Below are positions 19,901-25,918 of a stretch of 64,000 bases of DNA, piece after piece; the stretch's first letter is position 1; each line of letters begins with the position of its first letter. The notes under the pieces are model-generated. The model worked only from the letters and a program-made list of their open reading frames with translations. It had not been told where the DNA came from and ran no database searches. Origin of the DNA: Candidatus Daviesbacteria bacterium (GTDB lineage: Bacteria; Patescibacteriota; Microgenomatia; Daviesbacterales; UBA10151); contig JACPKP010000003.1 in NCBI GenBank assembly GCA_016186955.1, forward strand, positions 2,290 through 66,289, written 5' to 3'. The translations under genes and the position numbers were made by a program.

Positions 19901-21937
19901 TCAACGTATGTCTATGTGTTAGGTGGGAATACCGGTAGCGGTGTCATTTCCACAGTCTATAAATCCACCCTAAATTCTACAACAGGTGATTTAGGCGCTT
20001 TCGCCACTACCAATCAGGCACAATTGTCCCAGCCTTTTTGGCGGCATTCCTCTGTTATCTCTGTACTGGGCCCTTCAACTTATTTTTATATTTTGGGTGG
20101 TTGTGATAATAATTCTTGTACTGCTTCGACAGTCCGTTCCACTGTCTATAAATCAGCCCTCAATACTGACCCAATTGTCCAAACCTTTGCCACCACCTCC
20201 CAATCCCAACTGCCCCAGGTAGTTAAAAACTTCTCTGCCAATTTTACAACAATTTTAGGCACAAATTATATTTATGCCATAGGGGGGGACAGTGGGGCCA
20301 GCTCAGGTACAGGTGATGCAGGCACATTTGACACCACTTCCCAGGGGCAACTGCCGCTTGATGTTAATGCCTACAGACCCTTTAGTGTGAATATAGGTGC
20401 ATCTACTTATGTCTATGTAGTTGGTGGATTTTCCGGCAGCCTCAATAATAAATTGTCTACCAACTACAAAGCTACATTAAATAATACAACCGGTGATGCA
20501 GGCACATTTGCCACCACCAGCCAAGCACAACTTCCTACTGCTTTGAGGAATCACGCCTTGATTAGCACAACAGTGGGCATCTCAACTTATGTTTATACAA
20601 TAGGTGGGGAGAACATCTCCACGGTCTATAAATCCACTATTGTTGGGTCCGGCGCTAATGCCGGCGATCTTGGTACATTTGCTACCACTTCTCAGTCTCA
20701 ACTGCCTGAGGCTAGGAAACAATTGCCGGCCGCTTTGGCCGCAATAGGGTCATCTCAGTATGCTTATGTGGTTGGAGGTTATAATGCTAGCGGTACCAAT
20801 AAATCTACAGTATATAAAGTCAGTATAAATAGTTCATCCGGCGATCTTGGTACATTTGATACCACTTCTCAGTCTCAATTACCCCAAGTCTTGGCTGCTC
20901 ACTCACTGATTGTTCAAACTATTGGTTCATCTACTTATCTTTACGCCGTAGGGGGAGAAAATGGCGGTACTAAATACAGCACCAACTACAAAGCTACATT
21001 AAATAATACAACCGGTGATGTAGGCACTTTTGACACCACCAGCCAGGGACAATTACCCCGCTCTCTGACAAGCTCTACCGCTATTAATGTCAGCGTCGGG
21101 AGCTCATCCTATATTTATGTATTAGGAGGGGATCCGGGAGGTCTGGCAGTATCCACTGTTTATAAAACTACTATTAATGGCACAACTGGTGATGCAGGCA
21201 CATTTGCCACCACCAGCCAGGCCCAATTAATCCGTACTAATGCACAAAATACGGTTTTAACATCAACTGTTGGCCCTTCCTCTTATCTCTATTTCATCGG
21301 GGGTTGTTTGTCCACTAATGGTTGTGCAAATAGTGAAGTGCAGTCTACAGTCTACAGATCCATCTTAGGTTCAACCAAAATAGCAGAATCTACTGTTTAC
21401 AAATCTACTGTAGATTCAAGCGCCAATGTGGGGAGTTTTGCCACCACTGCCCAAACCCAGCTCTCCACTGCCCTGCAGTCCCACGGAACTGCTTTTTTCC
21501 AGAACAGCTCACCCTACCTTTATGTTATAGGCGGGTGTGTTTTTGGAGGTACGCCATGTGGCATAGCAGATACCCGGCAGACAATTTATAGGACTTCCAT
21601 TACTTCCTCGACCGGAGATGTGGGGGCATTTTCCTACTCTGCCAACGGGCTGCCCATAGTTTTAAACAAACTTACAACTACAACTGCCACCTTAGGCGCC
21701 ACCACCTACCTGTATATCTCAGGGGGGGCATTGGGGACAACAGACCAGTCCACATTTTACCAGTCCAGGATCTCCAACTCTGAATTTGACACCCAGATCC
21801 AAAATGCCACAGTCGCCAATTCCTGGCTGGTTGTAGATGTATCATCACTCCAGATCCCCGAGAACCTGCTGGGGTTTTTGCCATTAGGATTATTGTTACC
21901 CAAACTGATGAAAAAGTTCCGGAGGCAAAAAGATTAA
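10973..21937 (+). CDS. Giant fusion protein: IS481-like HTH domains, membrane GT2 (cellulose-synthase-like), Ser/Thr-rich Kelch-like propeller ectodomain, C-terminal exosortase-type sorting signal
   Basis: Two HTH motifs (CREYKISRTLLYRW, CSLYNVSRTAFYKW). GT2 motifs DDS, FDADF, TED, QRMRW. About 36 repeats of about 60 aa (GxFATTSQGQLP...YxYVLGG...STVYK). Tail IPENLLGFLPLGLLLPKLMKKFRRQKD. Confidence 0.85.
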   Translation: MSAKLTAKERTKVIKRALKGENISGLCREYKISRTLLYRWINRCKLAQKKREERQLRPQDRQEMIERVKLGENVAKVCSLYNVSRTAFYKWLERYEQAPEGHKLEALWDKQPKVERYFNQASEEYEEAVLSAVREYPELSSHKLVWALPQVGGKPILSNHGVQNVLKRHSLNTYGLRLAYSKAYYKPTALSRFFAFIQSVLAAVTAQPAQRRNVLVRGSFVFALTIFSLVTVYGLFSLSRLVLGAGGVALSLGLILSLIALGFGMFFFLYSLKYYITIAMVLSFSRRSDEENLKSQNSNLKSASQILNPNHQRKSFLQNIQGTGRDDVIKYQGGLGLKADLSGVILDRQPFVSIHLATYNEKRVLERLLTAATAQEYENYEVVIVDDSTEQESIDILNKWKKHPRVKVIHRESREGYKGGALREALKISSPRTEFVLVFDADFIPYPDTITSFLKYFKLTVGNLETKHSTSNVAAVQGYQWHVLNKSENWITRGVKSEYSGSYVIERSGEELYSGLKQIAGSVYMIRADVLKELGWGTSITEDFQLTLRLYERGYKVVFTPYIQAPAEAVSTIKRLIRQRMRWAEGHSHNIKKMLIPLLTSKNLTWAEKFEVLYLTPYYLQAAFFIFGTLCWFLAEVVFRVTLPFWTSTWGWSLVLTNLFALPLMNLVGLFLEESNEKDYLGLPAFMALSYVVAPFQGYAAIKGFLEKEEGPWFRTPKTGRITDVFTPGKLYKFVFGWLGKTVKHSANPAIGQINRMYSQEQLAEFAAMSEDNVTLSETKGINISFANAQDDRGRIYQTQPNVVVLAISKAVSKLTVNQFSIFIFQFLMNFQWFKRLNSKLKKIAASLALLAPRNDGGRSPHLAVSSSFNTFNYFKSLNSLNHPVPAPNRLVGKIILASFVIVFILLNQAALFNQYTVDLRHMSIKAKEGGPISRKLAAGAPLPIDPTIEQQINITTQEYSTQSITDMPTDNSLGLVRYTAASYTSPTTYFEAVIKNSNSSTTTASLYDSTGAYVAGSAVTATGATYTRVRSAAITLTTGTDYTVRLRSSPGNGAISSGTASIIAARIIVVQATDSNITNTETQVEVGDNETTSKVDLTPLSNPKYFKFDPTKYDAGSITAYFEATLKASNNTPAATSTGPNSPSSCADDGAVGTLTWTNDSNATAQDDQTAVMQGTDNGTSEYEECVGFSFNLAPTDTVAGVLLEADIYSSGTSTRPIIDNSVKLSQAGTITGNDQATTDAWPTSDTDTYTSWGSSSNLWGVSWTPADINDPNFGAGISARKTTTAGNPGTGKIDHVRMTVYYTPAAAAQTATAELYNRTDGLAVTESSVSTSNLTWTRARSSALSTNWDTTNADEYEVRVKTSDTTANASIANAKVVLVQNVAGGIGNVELYHNYINAPESQNSASVGTFSTTNQGQIPLVRMQGSSVINTIGSSTYVYVLGGCNAACSSTTDTSTVYKSTINNVTGDAGVFSTTSQGQLVTENSDNAVVTSSLGGTTYIYEIGGDNGARKSTVYKASINSSGDIGTFATTSQGQMPAILGSISSNSITVGPSSYIYILGGAPATGQSSTVYKSTLNSSNGDAGAFATTSQQQLPIKVRDHTSVSTTVGPSTYIYVVGGESAAFSSAVYKSTIDSSGDVSAVFATTSQGQLPQISSQHYAVLTAVGQSTYLYTMGGSPDGGTTVVSTVYKSTLDSATGDLSTFSTTNQQQLVPLTFGLSANAALVGPSTYLYVLGGYNGSSALSTVYKAPLSNDFDSFGYNNLYNSNDWIGGTFTFYQESTLKQTQAGVTANSRLTPGGIGNVSSTLMPNAANGNFGVFATTSQGQVPEINSNLSSSTAMVNGSTYIYVLGGNNDSANQSTVYKSTVNSTTGDAGAFATTSQGQLPQILEGLQTRSLAVGSSTYIYTLGGYTGTAYKSTVYKSTLKAASDSTNGDAGAFATTSQAQLPLTNGNFGSTILTSGASTYIYVIGGASTASVSYSTNYKALIDPTTGDIGAFATTSQAQLPAAGQRLGVTSAVIGPSSYLYVGGGCSGCGTPVSTFYKATIDPTTGDIGTLATTNQAQLPTALRQFNITSTIVGPSTYLYVFGGCTGGVSCGNQSTVYKSTLNSSNGDAGTFATTSQGQLAQPLIWVGGSGAIASAGPSTYLYVLGGLNTSSVSISTVYKSALQQNPYERQRSGDITSYLNGSLAANAGTFDTTNQAQLPKMFRQHSAVSTQIGNSTYVYVLGAFTDLSSVLSTAYKSTLDNNTGNLSLFNTSNQAQLLQAFRLAATTSLSVGVSTYVYVLGGFTSSANISTVYKSTINSATGDLGTFDTTSQGQVPQALRSHTINSAQIGVSTYIYVLGGVNTGGSDISTIYTSTVNSATGDLGTFDTTSQAQLPRVGSSFASITQSVGPSTYLYVIGIQGNTSVYRSVINSTSGYLGVFDTTSQGQLVQNTTQHSAIATVLGPSTYIYVLGGSSMSTIYRAALNSSTGNINTFTTTSQSQLLNISRENTAIIANTGPSTYIFQLGGFDNGSSTTFSTVYKSVLTEDLTPGNLNVIQTTYQGQLPAALSSHATVVGRDQGVNYIYQLGDNPASTVYKSAIDANGYAGTFATTNQAQLTQTLKNLQAVSASYGGTTYIYTIGGDNGSAITSTVYRANSNGTSGNLTVAFATTSQAQLPQGLQNHQAVIGATSGDNYIYALGGCNLTGFCAASSTQSTVYKANIKVSADAQTFATTSQKQLLKISEAPASVTATMGSSTYVYVLGGYDQGGVINSTVYKTTLNSTTGDAGAFATTSQGQLVVGLQYQSALVSTIGSSTYLYVLGGYNGSDLSTVYKTTLNSTTGDIGAFATTNQGQLVQINESHASVTTAVGPSTYVYVLGGTSDGGTTIFSTVYKSTINSTTGDIGAFATTSQQQLPALREKLASFVAAMGPSTYVYVLGGAEASVKSTNYKATLNASGDIGAFATTSQGQLPNIIYMHSAITSTIGSSTYVYVLGGNTGSGVISTVYKSTLNSTTGDLGAFATTNQAQLSQPFWRHSSVISVLGPSTYFYILGGCDNNSCTASTVRSTVYKSALNTDPIVQTFATTSQSQLPQVVKNFSANFTTILGTNYIYAIGGDSGASSGTGDAGTFDTTSQGQLPLDVNAYRPFSVNIGASTYVYVVGGFSGSLNNKLSTNYKATLNNTTGDAGTFATTSQAQLPTALRNHALISTTVGISTYVYTIGGENISTVYKSTIVGSGANAGDLGTFATTSQSQLPEARKQLPAALAAIGSSQYAYVVGGYNASGTNKSTVYKVSINSSSGDLGTFDTTSQSQLPQVLAAHSLIVQTIGSSTYLYAVGGENGGTKYSTNYKATLNNTTGDVGTFDTTSQGQLPRSLTSSTAINVSVGSSSYIYVLGGDPGGLAVSTVYKTTINGTTGDAGTFATTSQAQLIRTNAQNTVLTSTVGPSSYLYFIGGCLSTNGCANSEVQSTVYRSILGSTKIAESTVYKSTVDSSANVGSFATTAQTQLSTALQSHGTAFFQNSSPYLYVIGGCVFGGTPCGIADTRQTIYRTSITSSTGDVGAFSYSANGLPIVLNKLTTTTATLGATTYLYISGGALGTTDQSTFYQSRISNSEFDTQIQNATVANSWLVVDVSSLQIPENLLGFLPLGLLLPKLMKKFRRQKD
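15190..21770 (+). repeat. About 36 Kelch-like coding repeats of about 180 bp
   Basis: Recurrent GCCACCACYTCCCAG and TCCACTGTCTATAAATC motifs. Some blocks are identical, e.g. about 17890-17935 and 18067-18111. Confidence 0.85.
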
Positions 21938-21955
21938 ATATGCTAAGATACACGA

Positions 21956-22375
21956 ATGAAAACGAATCAGGAACGAATCAAAACGAATACTTTAGTGTAT
22001 CCAGAGCTCAGTTTTAAAATTATGAACGTCCTTTTTAAGGTACATAATATGTTAGGATCAAAATTGCAGGAAAAATATTACCAGAGAGCAATTGAGATTG
22101 AGTTTCAAAAACAAAATATTCTATTTGAAAGAGAAAAGATGATCCCACTAAACTACGAAGAAAATAGTATCGGTAGATACTTTATAGATTTTGTGATTGA
22201 AGATAAAATTGCGCTTGAAGTAAAAGCTGCAGATTATTTCAAGAGAGGTTTTACTATCCAAGTTTTGGCTTATTTAAACTCGGGTAACTTTAAACTTGGA
22301 ATTATTGCAAACTTCAATTCGAACAAGGTACTGTTTAAAAGACTTATTAATCCGGAATATGATAAAAAGCATTAG
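21956..22375 (+). CDS. GxxExxY protein (PD-(D/E)XK nuclease-like)
   Basis: LGSKLQEKYY, DFVIEDKIALEVK, Q..AYL...LGIIANF. Flanked by inverted ACGAAT repeat arrays. Confidence 0.88.
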   Translation: MKTNQERIKTNTLVYPELSFKIMNVLFKVHNMLGSKLQEKYYQRAIEIEFQKQNILFEREKMIPLNYEENSIGRYFIDFVIEDKIALEVKAADYFKRGFTIQVLAYLNSGNFKLGIIANFNSNKVLFKRLINPEYDKKH

Positions 22376-22416
22376 TTTATATTTGTTAAAAAATTCGTTT
22401 ATATTAGTATTATTGT

Positions 22417-23115
22417 ATGAACACAAAACGTGAGACTTTTTCCACCCTTTTTATAATCTTGGTGGCGATGCTGGTTTTTTTACCCTTTATTACTACTTTC
22501 CAGGATATATTAACGCGCATTATTTTACACTTTGATACGTATAAAGCGTTACAGAGCATAGTAGTGCCTTATGAACTGAAAGTCCTGGCAGCTGTTTTAA
22601 ACTTTCTGCACCTGCAGACTGAGGCCGGGCCCTCTTACATCCAGTTTATGCGGGATGGCAAAGTTGAGGTGATATATTTGGCTTGGAATTGCATAGGCTG
22701 GCAATCTTTACTGTTTTTGCTGGTAACCCTGGTCACCGGGCTGTCGGGAAAGTATACTCGGATGAGCAAATTCCAGGCGTTTTTAGTGGGGATATTGGGG
22801 ATTTACCTGATCAATATTTTCAGGATGACGCTGGTGGTGGTTATTTATTACTTTAGCGGGCGGGGGCTTGGCAATGTGTTCCATAATTATTTCTCCAACC
22901 TGCTGTCAATCTCATGGCTGTTTTTATTCTGGTGGATGGCGTATAAGTATATTTTGGAGGAGGTTGGAATTTATCCTAAAGGCAATAAAGCCGTATTTAA
23001 AGGAAGATTTTTAAAGCTGTATGGTAGAATAAGCGCAAAAGTTAAAGCGAAAAGTGCAAAACTAAAGCTGAAAGTTAAAAACTTAAAATTATGGGAAAAA
23101 ATAAAGAAGAATTAA
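22417..23115 (+). CDS. Exosortase/archaeosortase family transpeptidase
   Basis: Multi-TM protein with Cys-Arg-His triad: AWNCIGW, INIFR, VFHNY. Confidence 0.85.
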   Translation: MNTKRETFSTLFIILVAMLVFLPFITTFQDILTRIILHFDTYKALQSIVVPYELKVLAAVLNFLHLQTEAGPSYIQFMRDGKVEVIYLAWNCIGWQSLLFLLVTLVTGLSGKYTRMSKFQAFLVGILGIYLINIFRMTLVVVIYYFSGRGLGNVFHNYFSNLLSISWLFLFWWMAYKYILEEVGIYPKGNKAVFKGRFLKLYGRISAKVKAKSAKLKLKVKNLKLWEKIKKN

Positions 23116-23456
23116 AATACAGAGCTTACAAATTTTCTATCAAAATCATCAAGTTTTCCGCTACTTTGCCAAACCAAAGAGTTTATTGGATTATGGGTGA
23201 TCAATTACTGAGGTCTGCGACTTCGATTGGAGCAAATATTATCGAGGCGCAAGCTGCATCAAGCAGGAAGGATTTTATTAGATTTTACGAAATAGCGCTC
23301 AAGTCGGCAAATGAGACAGGGTATTGGTTAGCGCTTTTAAGGGACGGAACTGAGATTGATAATGATGAAATAAATCAACTACTGGAGGAAACAAAACAAC
23401 TAGCCAAAATTTTAGGGGCTAGTTTGCTAACTTTAAAAAGTAAAAGAAAGTTTTGA
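23091..23456 (+). CDS. Four-helix-bundle protein (23S rRNA IVP / bAvd-like family)
   Basis: QLLRSATSIGANIIEAQAASSRKDF...IALKSANETGYWL signature. Flanked by inverted heptad-repeat arms. Confidence 0.92.
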   Translation: MGKNKEELKYRAYKFSIKIIKFSATLPNQRVYWIMGDQLLRSATSIGANIIEAQAASSRKDFIRFYEIALKSANETGYWLALLRDGTEIDNDEINQLLEETKQLAKILGASLLTLKSKRKF

Positions 23457-23506
23457 CTTTTGAGTTGTAGCTTTGCGTTTTGAACTTTCAGTTTTACGTT
23501 TGACTC

Positions 23507-25561
23507 ATGATACAAACTGTCTTGGCTCTCTCCCAATTCTTTATCAATAACTTCCCTCCGCCAGCTGGCGGATGGTGGTACCCATACTGGTATTTGGGCA
23601 ACCCTTACCATTATCTGATAGGGCCGGTGGTGCCAATAATATTGGCAATTATAAATTTCAAATTTCAAATTTCAAATTTTGGATTTCCAATATATTTAGG
23701 GTTGCTGGGAGTGTCATGGGTGGTTGGAGGAGTGGGGGTGTATCAGCTGGTAGAAAAGCTATCTCAAACCTCAAATCGCAAATCTCAAATCCTTTATGCT
23801 TTACTATTTATGTTCCTGCCCTTCTCGTTGTTTCTTTTGGCTTACTCAAATGGGTTGTATCACTTTGCCTGGGGGTTTTTGCCATGGGTTTTTGTGGTAT
23901 TTTTACGCTTTCTTGTCGGATCTCCCATGTCATTGCGAGACCACAAAGTGGCGAAGCAATCTAATTTAATAAAGATTGCCGCGCTCCCTTCAGTCGCTCG
24001 CAATGACGAAGAAAAAAAGGGCATAAAAATTGCCCTGTTGCTTAGTATTTTGGTATCCTTTGTACTGTTGGTAGATGTTTCGATACTGCTTCCAATGCTG
24101 GTAGGGTTTGTTTGTTTAGGGGTGGTAATCAAGGATATTAAAGGAGTTAAGGGAATTAATGGGGGCGGGGAATATCAGGTTTTTAAAACTTTCTTTGTAT
24201 TATTGTTTGCCCTAAGCCTGGCTACAATCTGGTACACACCCGGGTTTTGGCTGACCCTGTTGCAAAACCCCTCATTTGGTGGGATGCCGCTTGTTAATTT
24301 GGGGAAATTTTTATTCCAGCTGCTTTTGAACCTGGTCCCTATCCTGGCAGCGGTTTGGGTGGTCAAGCTGAGAATGAAAAATTTGTCCCGGACAGCATAC
24401 TTCGGGCTGCTTTTTTTGTCATCATTTCTTTTTCTTACTATAATAAGGTATTTATCTGATCCTGATTTTGTGCAGGACTGGATCGGGTTTTTTATAGAGA
24501 TCCAGTTTGGGTTGGCGATTTTGCTGGGCTCTTTTTTGTCATCCTCGCGTATGCGGGGATCTTTTAGAAGATTGATTCCCGCTTTCGCGGGAATGACAGT
24601 ACTATTGGTATTTATTGTAAAAGGTTGGATGGGTGGCGAAAATGTAAAATATCAATCCAAGATTGTATCCATGCTGAAAAATGTGCCCAAAGACGAGCGG
24701 GTGTTTCTTTCAGGCACAAGCGTTTTTTGGGCTAACCAATACCTTGATATTATACAGGTGAGGGGAGGGGTAGACCAGGCATCAATCCATCCTTACTGGG
24801 CTGATGGGGCATACCAGATTAGGGAAGGGGAAAATAGTGAGTTATCTTTAAACTGGCTTAGGGCTTTAGGCGTAAGCTGGATTTTAGTGCATAGTGGAGG
24901 GTCAGATGAGCCTTACAGGGATTTTAAGCGCCCTGAGAAGTTTACCCAAATTTGTCATCCCCGACTTGATCGGGGATCCATTTTGGAAAAGGATCCTCGC
25001 ATTCGCGAGGATGACACAATATGTAAGATTGTTAAGGGAATTAAGGGGGATACTCTATATAAGGTAGGCGGGGCAAGCATTGCCAGGGTGGCTGATAAAT
25101 CAATATTGGAGGTTAAAAAACCAAAAAACGGCGCAGATGCCCAAACATTGGCAAAATATGTCAACACCTTCAAAATACACCCCGGGGGTTCACCCCCGGG
25201 GTGGGAAAACAGGCCTGGCTTTACGAACGTAATTGAGGTAGATGCTGATTTGGGAAAGGATGAGGTGATCTCTTTGGCGATTGCCTATGACAGGGGATGG
25301 CAAGTTCAACAGTTCCACCCGGGGGGTGGAACTGGAGGAGTGAGGCTGGTCAAAGATAATCTGGGTAATATAGTTTTGATACCTGGTGCAGTCGGCCGGA
25401 TCAGCTTGAGCTTGGTTTATCAGACCCCGGTTTGGGAGAGGGCAGCGCCTGTTTTGATATCTTTGGTGCTTCTTTTTATATTGGTAAATTATGATAAATC
25501 CTATCCCGGGATGTCCCGAATCCTGGCTAAGGTGGGGCATGGATTAGGGGAGGAAGAATAA
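23507..25561 (+). CDS. Polytopic membrane protein, GT-C/YfhO-like glycosyltransferase
   Basis: WYPYWYLGNP motif, many TMs, extracytoplasmic C-terminal domain ending in YDRGW and a TM. Contains several in-frame palindromic inserts. Confidence 0.6.
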   Translation: MIQTVLALSQFFINNFPPPAGGWWYPYWYLGNPYHYLIGPVVPIILAIINFKFQISNFGFPIYLGLLGVSWVVGGVGVYQLVEKLSQTSNRKSQILYALLFMFLPFSLFLLAYSNGLYHFAWGFLPWVFVVFLRFLVGSPMSLRDHKVAKQSNLIKIAALPSVARNDEEKKGIKIALLLSILVSFVLLVDVSILLPMLVGFVCLGVVIKDIKGVKGINGGGEYQVFKTFFVLLFALSLATIWYTPGFWLTLLQNPSFGGMPLVNLGKFLFQLLLNLVPILAAVWVVKLRMKNLSRTAYFGLLFLSSFLFLTIIRYLSDPDFVQDWIGFFIEIQFGLAILLGSFLSSSRMRGSFRRLIPAFAGMTVLLVFIVKGWMGGENVKYQSKIVSMLKNVPKDERVFLSGTSVFWANQYLDIIQVRGGVDQASIHPYWADGAYQIREGENSELSLNWLRALGVSWILVHSGGSDEPYRDFKRPEKFTQICHPRLDRGSILEKDPRIREDDTICKIVKGIKGDTLYKVGGASIARVADKSILEVKKPKNGADAQTLAKYVNTFKIHPGGSPPGWENRPGFTNVIEVDADLGKDEVISLAIAYDRGWQVQQFHPGGGTGGVRLVKDNLGNIVLIPGAVGRISLSLVYQTPVWERAAPVLISLVLLFILVNYDKSYPGMSRILAKVGHGLGEEE

Positions 25562-25918
25562 ATTTTCAATTTTAAATTTACAATTTTCAATCAAAGTTTA
25601 ATGATTTAATTTTCAAATTCATGGAGAGAACTGAACTCATACACCTCTGTATCCGCAGCCTCAAAAGGGGACGCCTTTTGATCGTATAATCAACCAACCG
25701 CCCCTTACATGCTCATAGCTAGCAGCCTATTTAACTCAACTGAATACTACCATAAAGAGTAGGTGTCAACGTAACCCACCCTCCAGGTGTATTAGCTTGG
25801 TACCCTATCTTTTTTAACAATTTTGGCCACTTGAAAGGTTTCGCTGCTGGCAAGAACTGAATAGTTACAAATCGAGGTATTGACAAAAACCAGAGAATTG
25901 CTTACAGTAAAAATGTAG

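Noticed and set aside
15190-21770. CRISPR-like periodic nucleotide repeats
   Set aside because: The period of about 180 bp and the codon-level degeneracy are explained by protein propeller repeats.
23091-23456. Diversity-generating retroelement suggested by the Avd-like protein
   Set aside because: No reverse transcriptase, and no TR/VR pair differing only at adenines was seen. The near-identical repeats do not show an A-specific pattern.
25562-25860. Possible small gene or ncRNA in the intergenic region
   Set aside because: Only a TTTTCAA heptad run, a short hairpin and stop-interrupted frames; no family could be supported.
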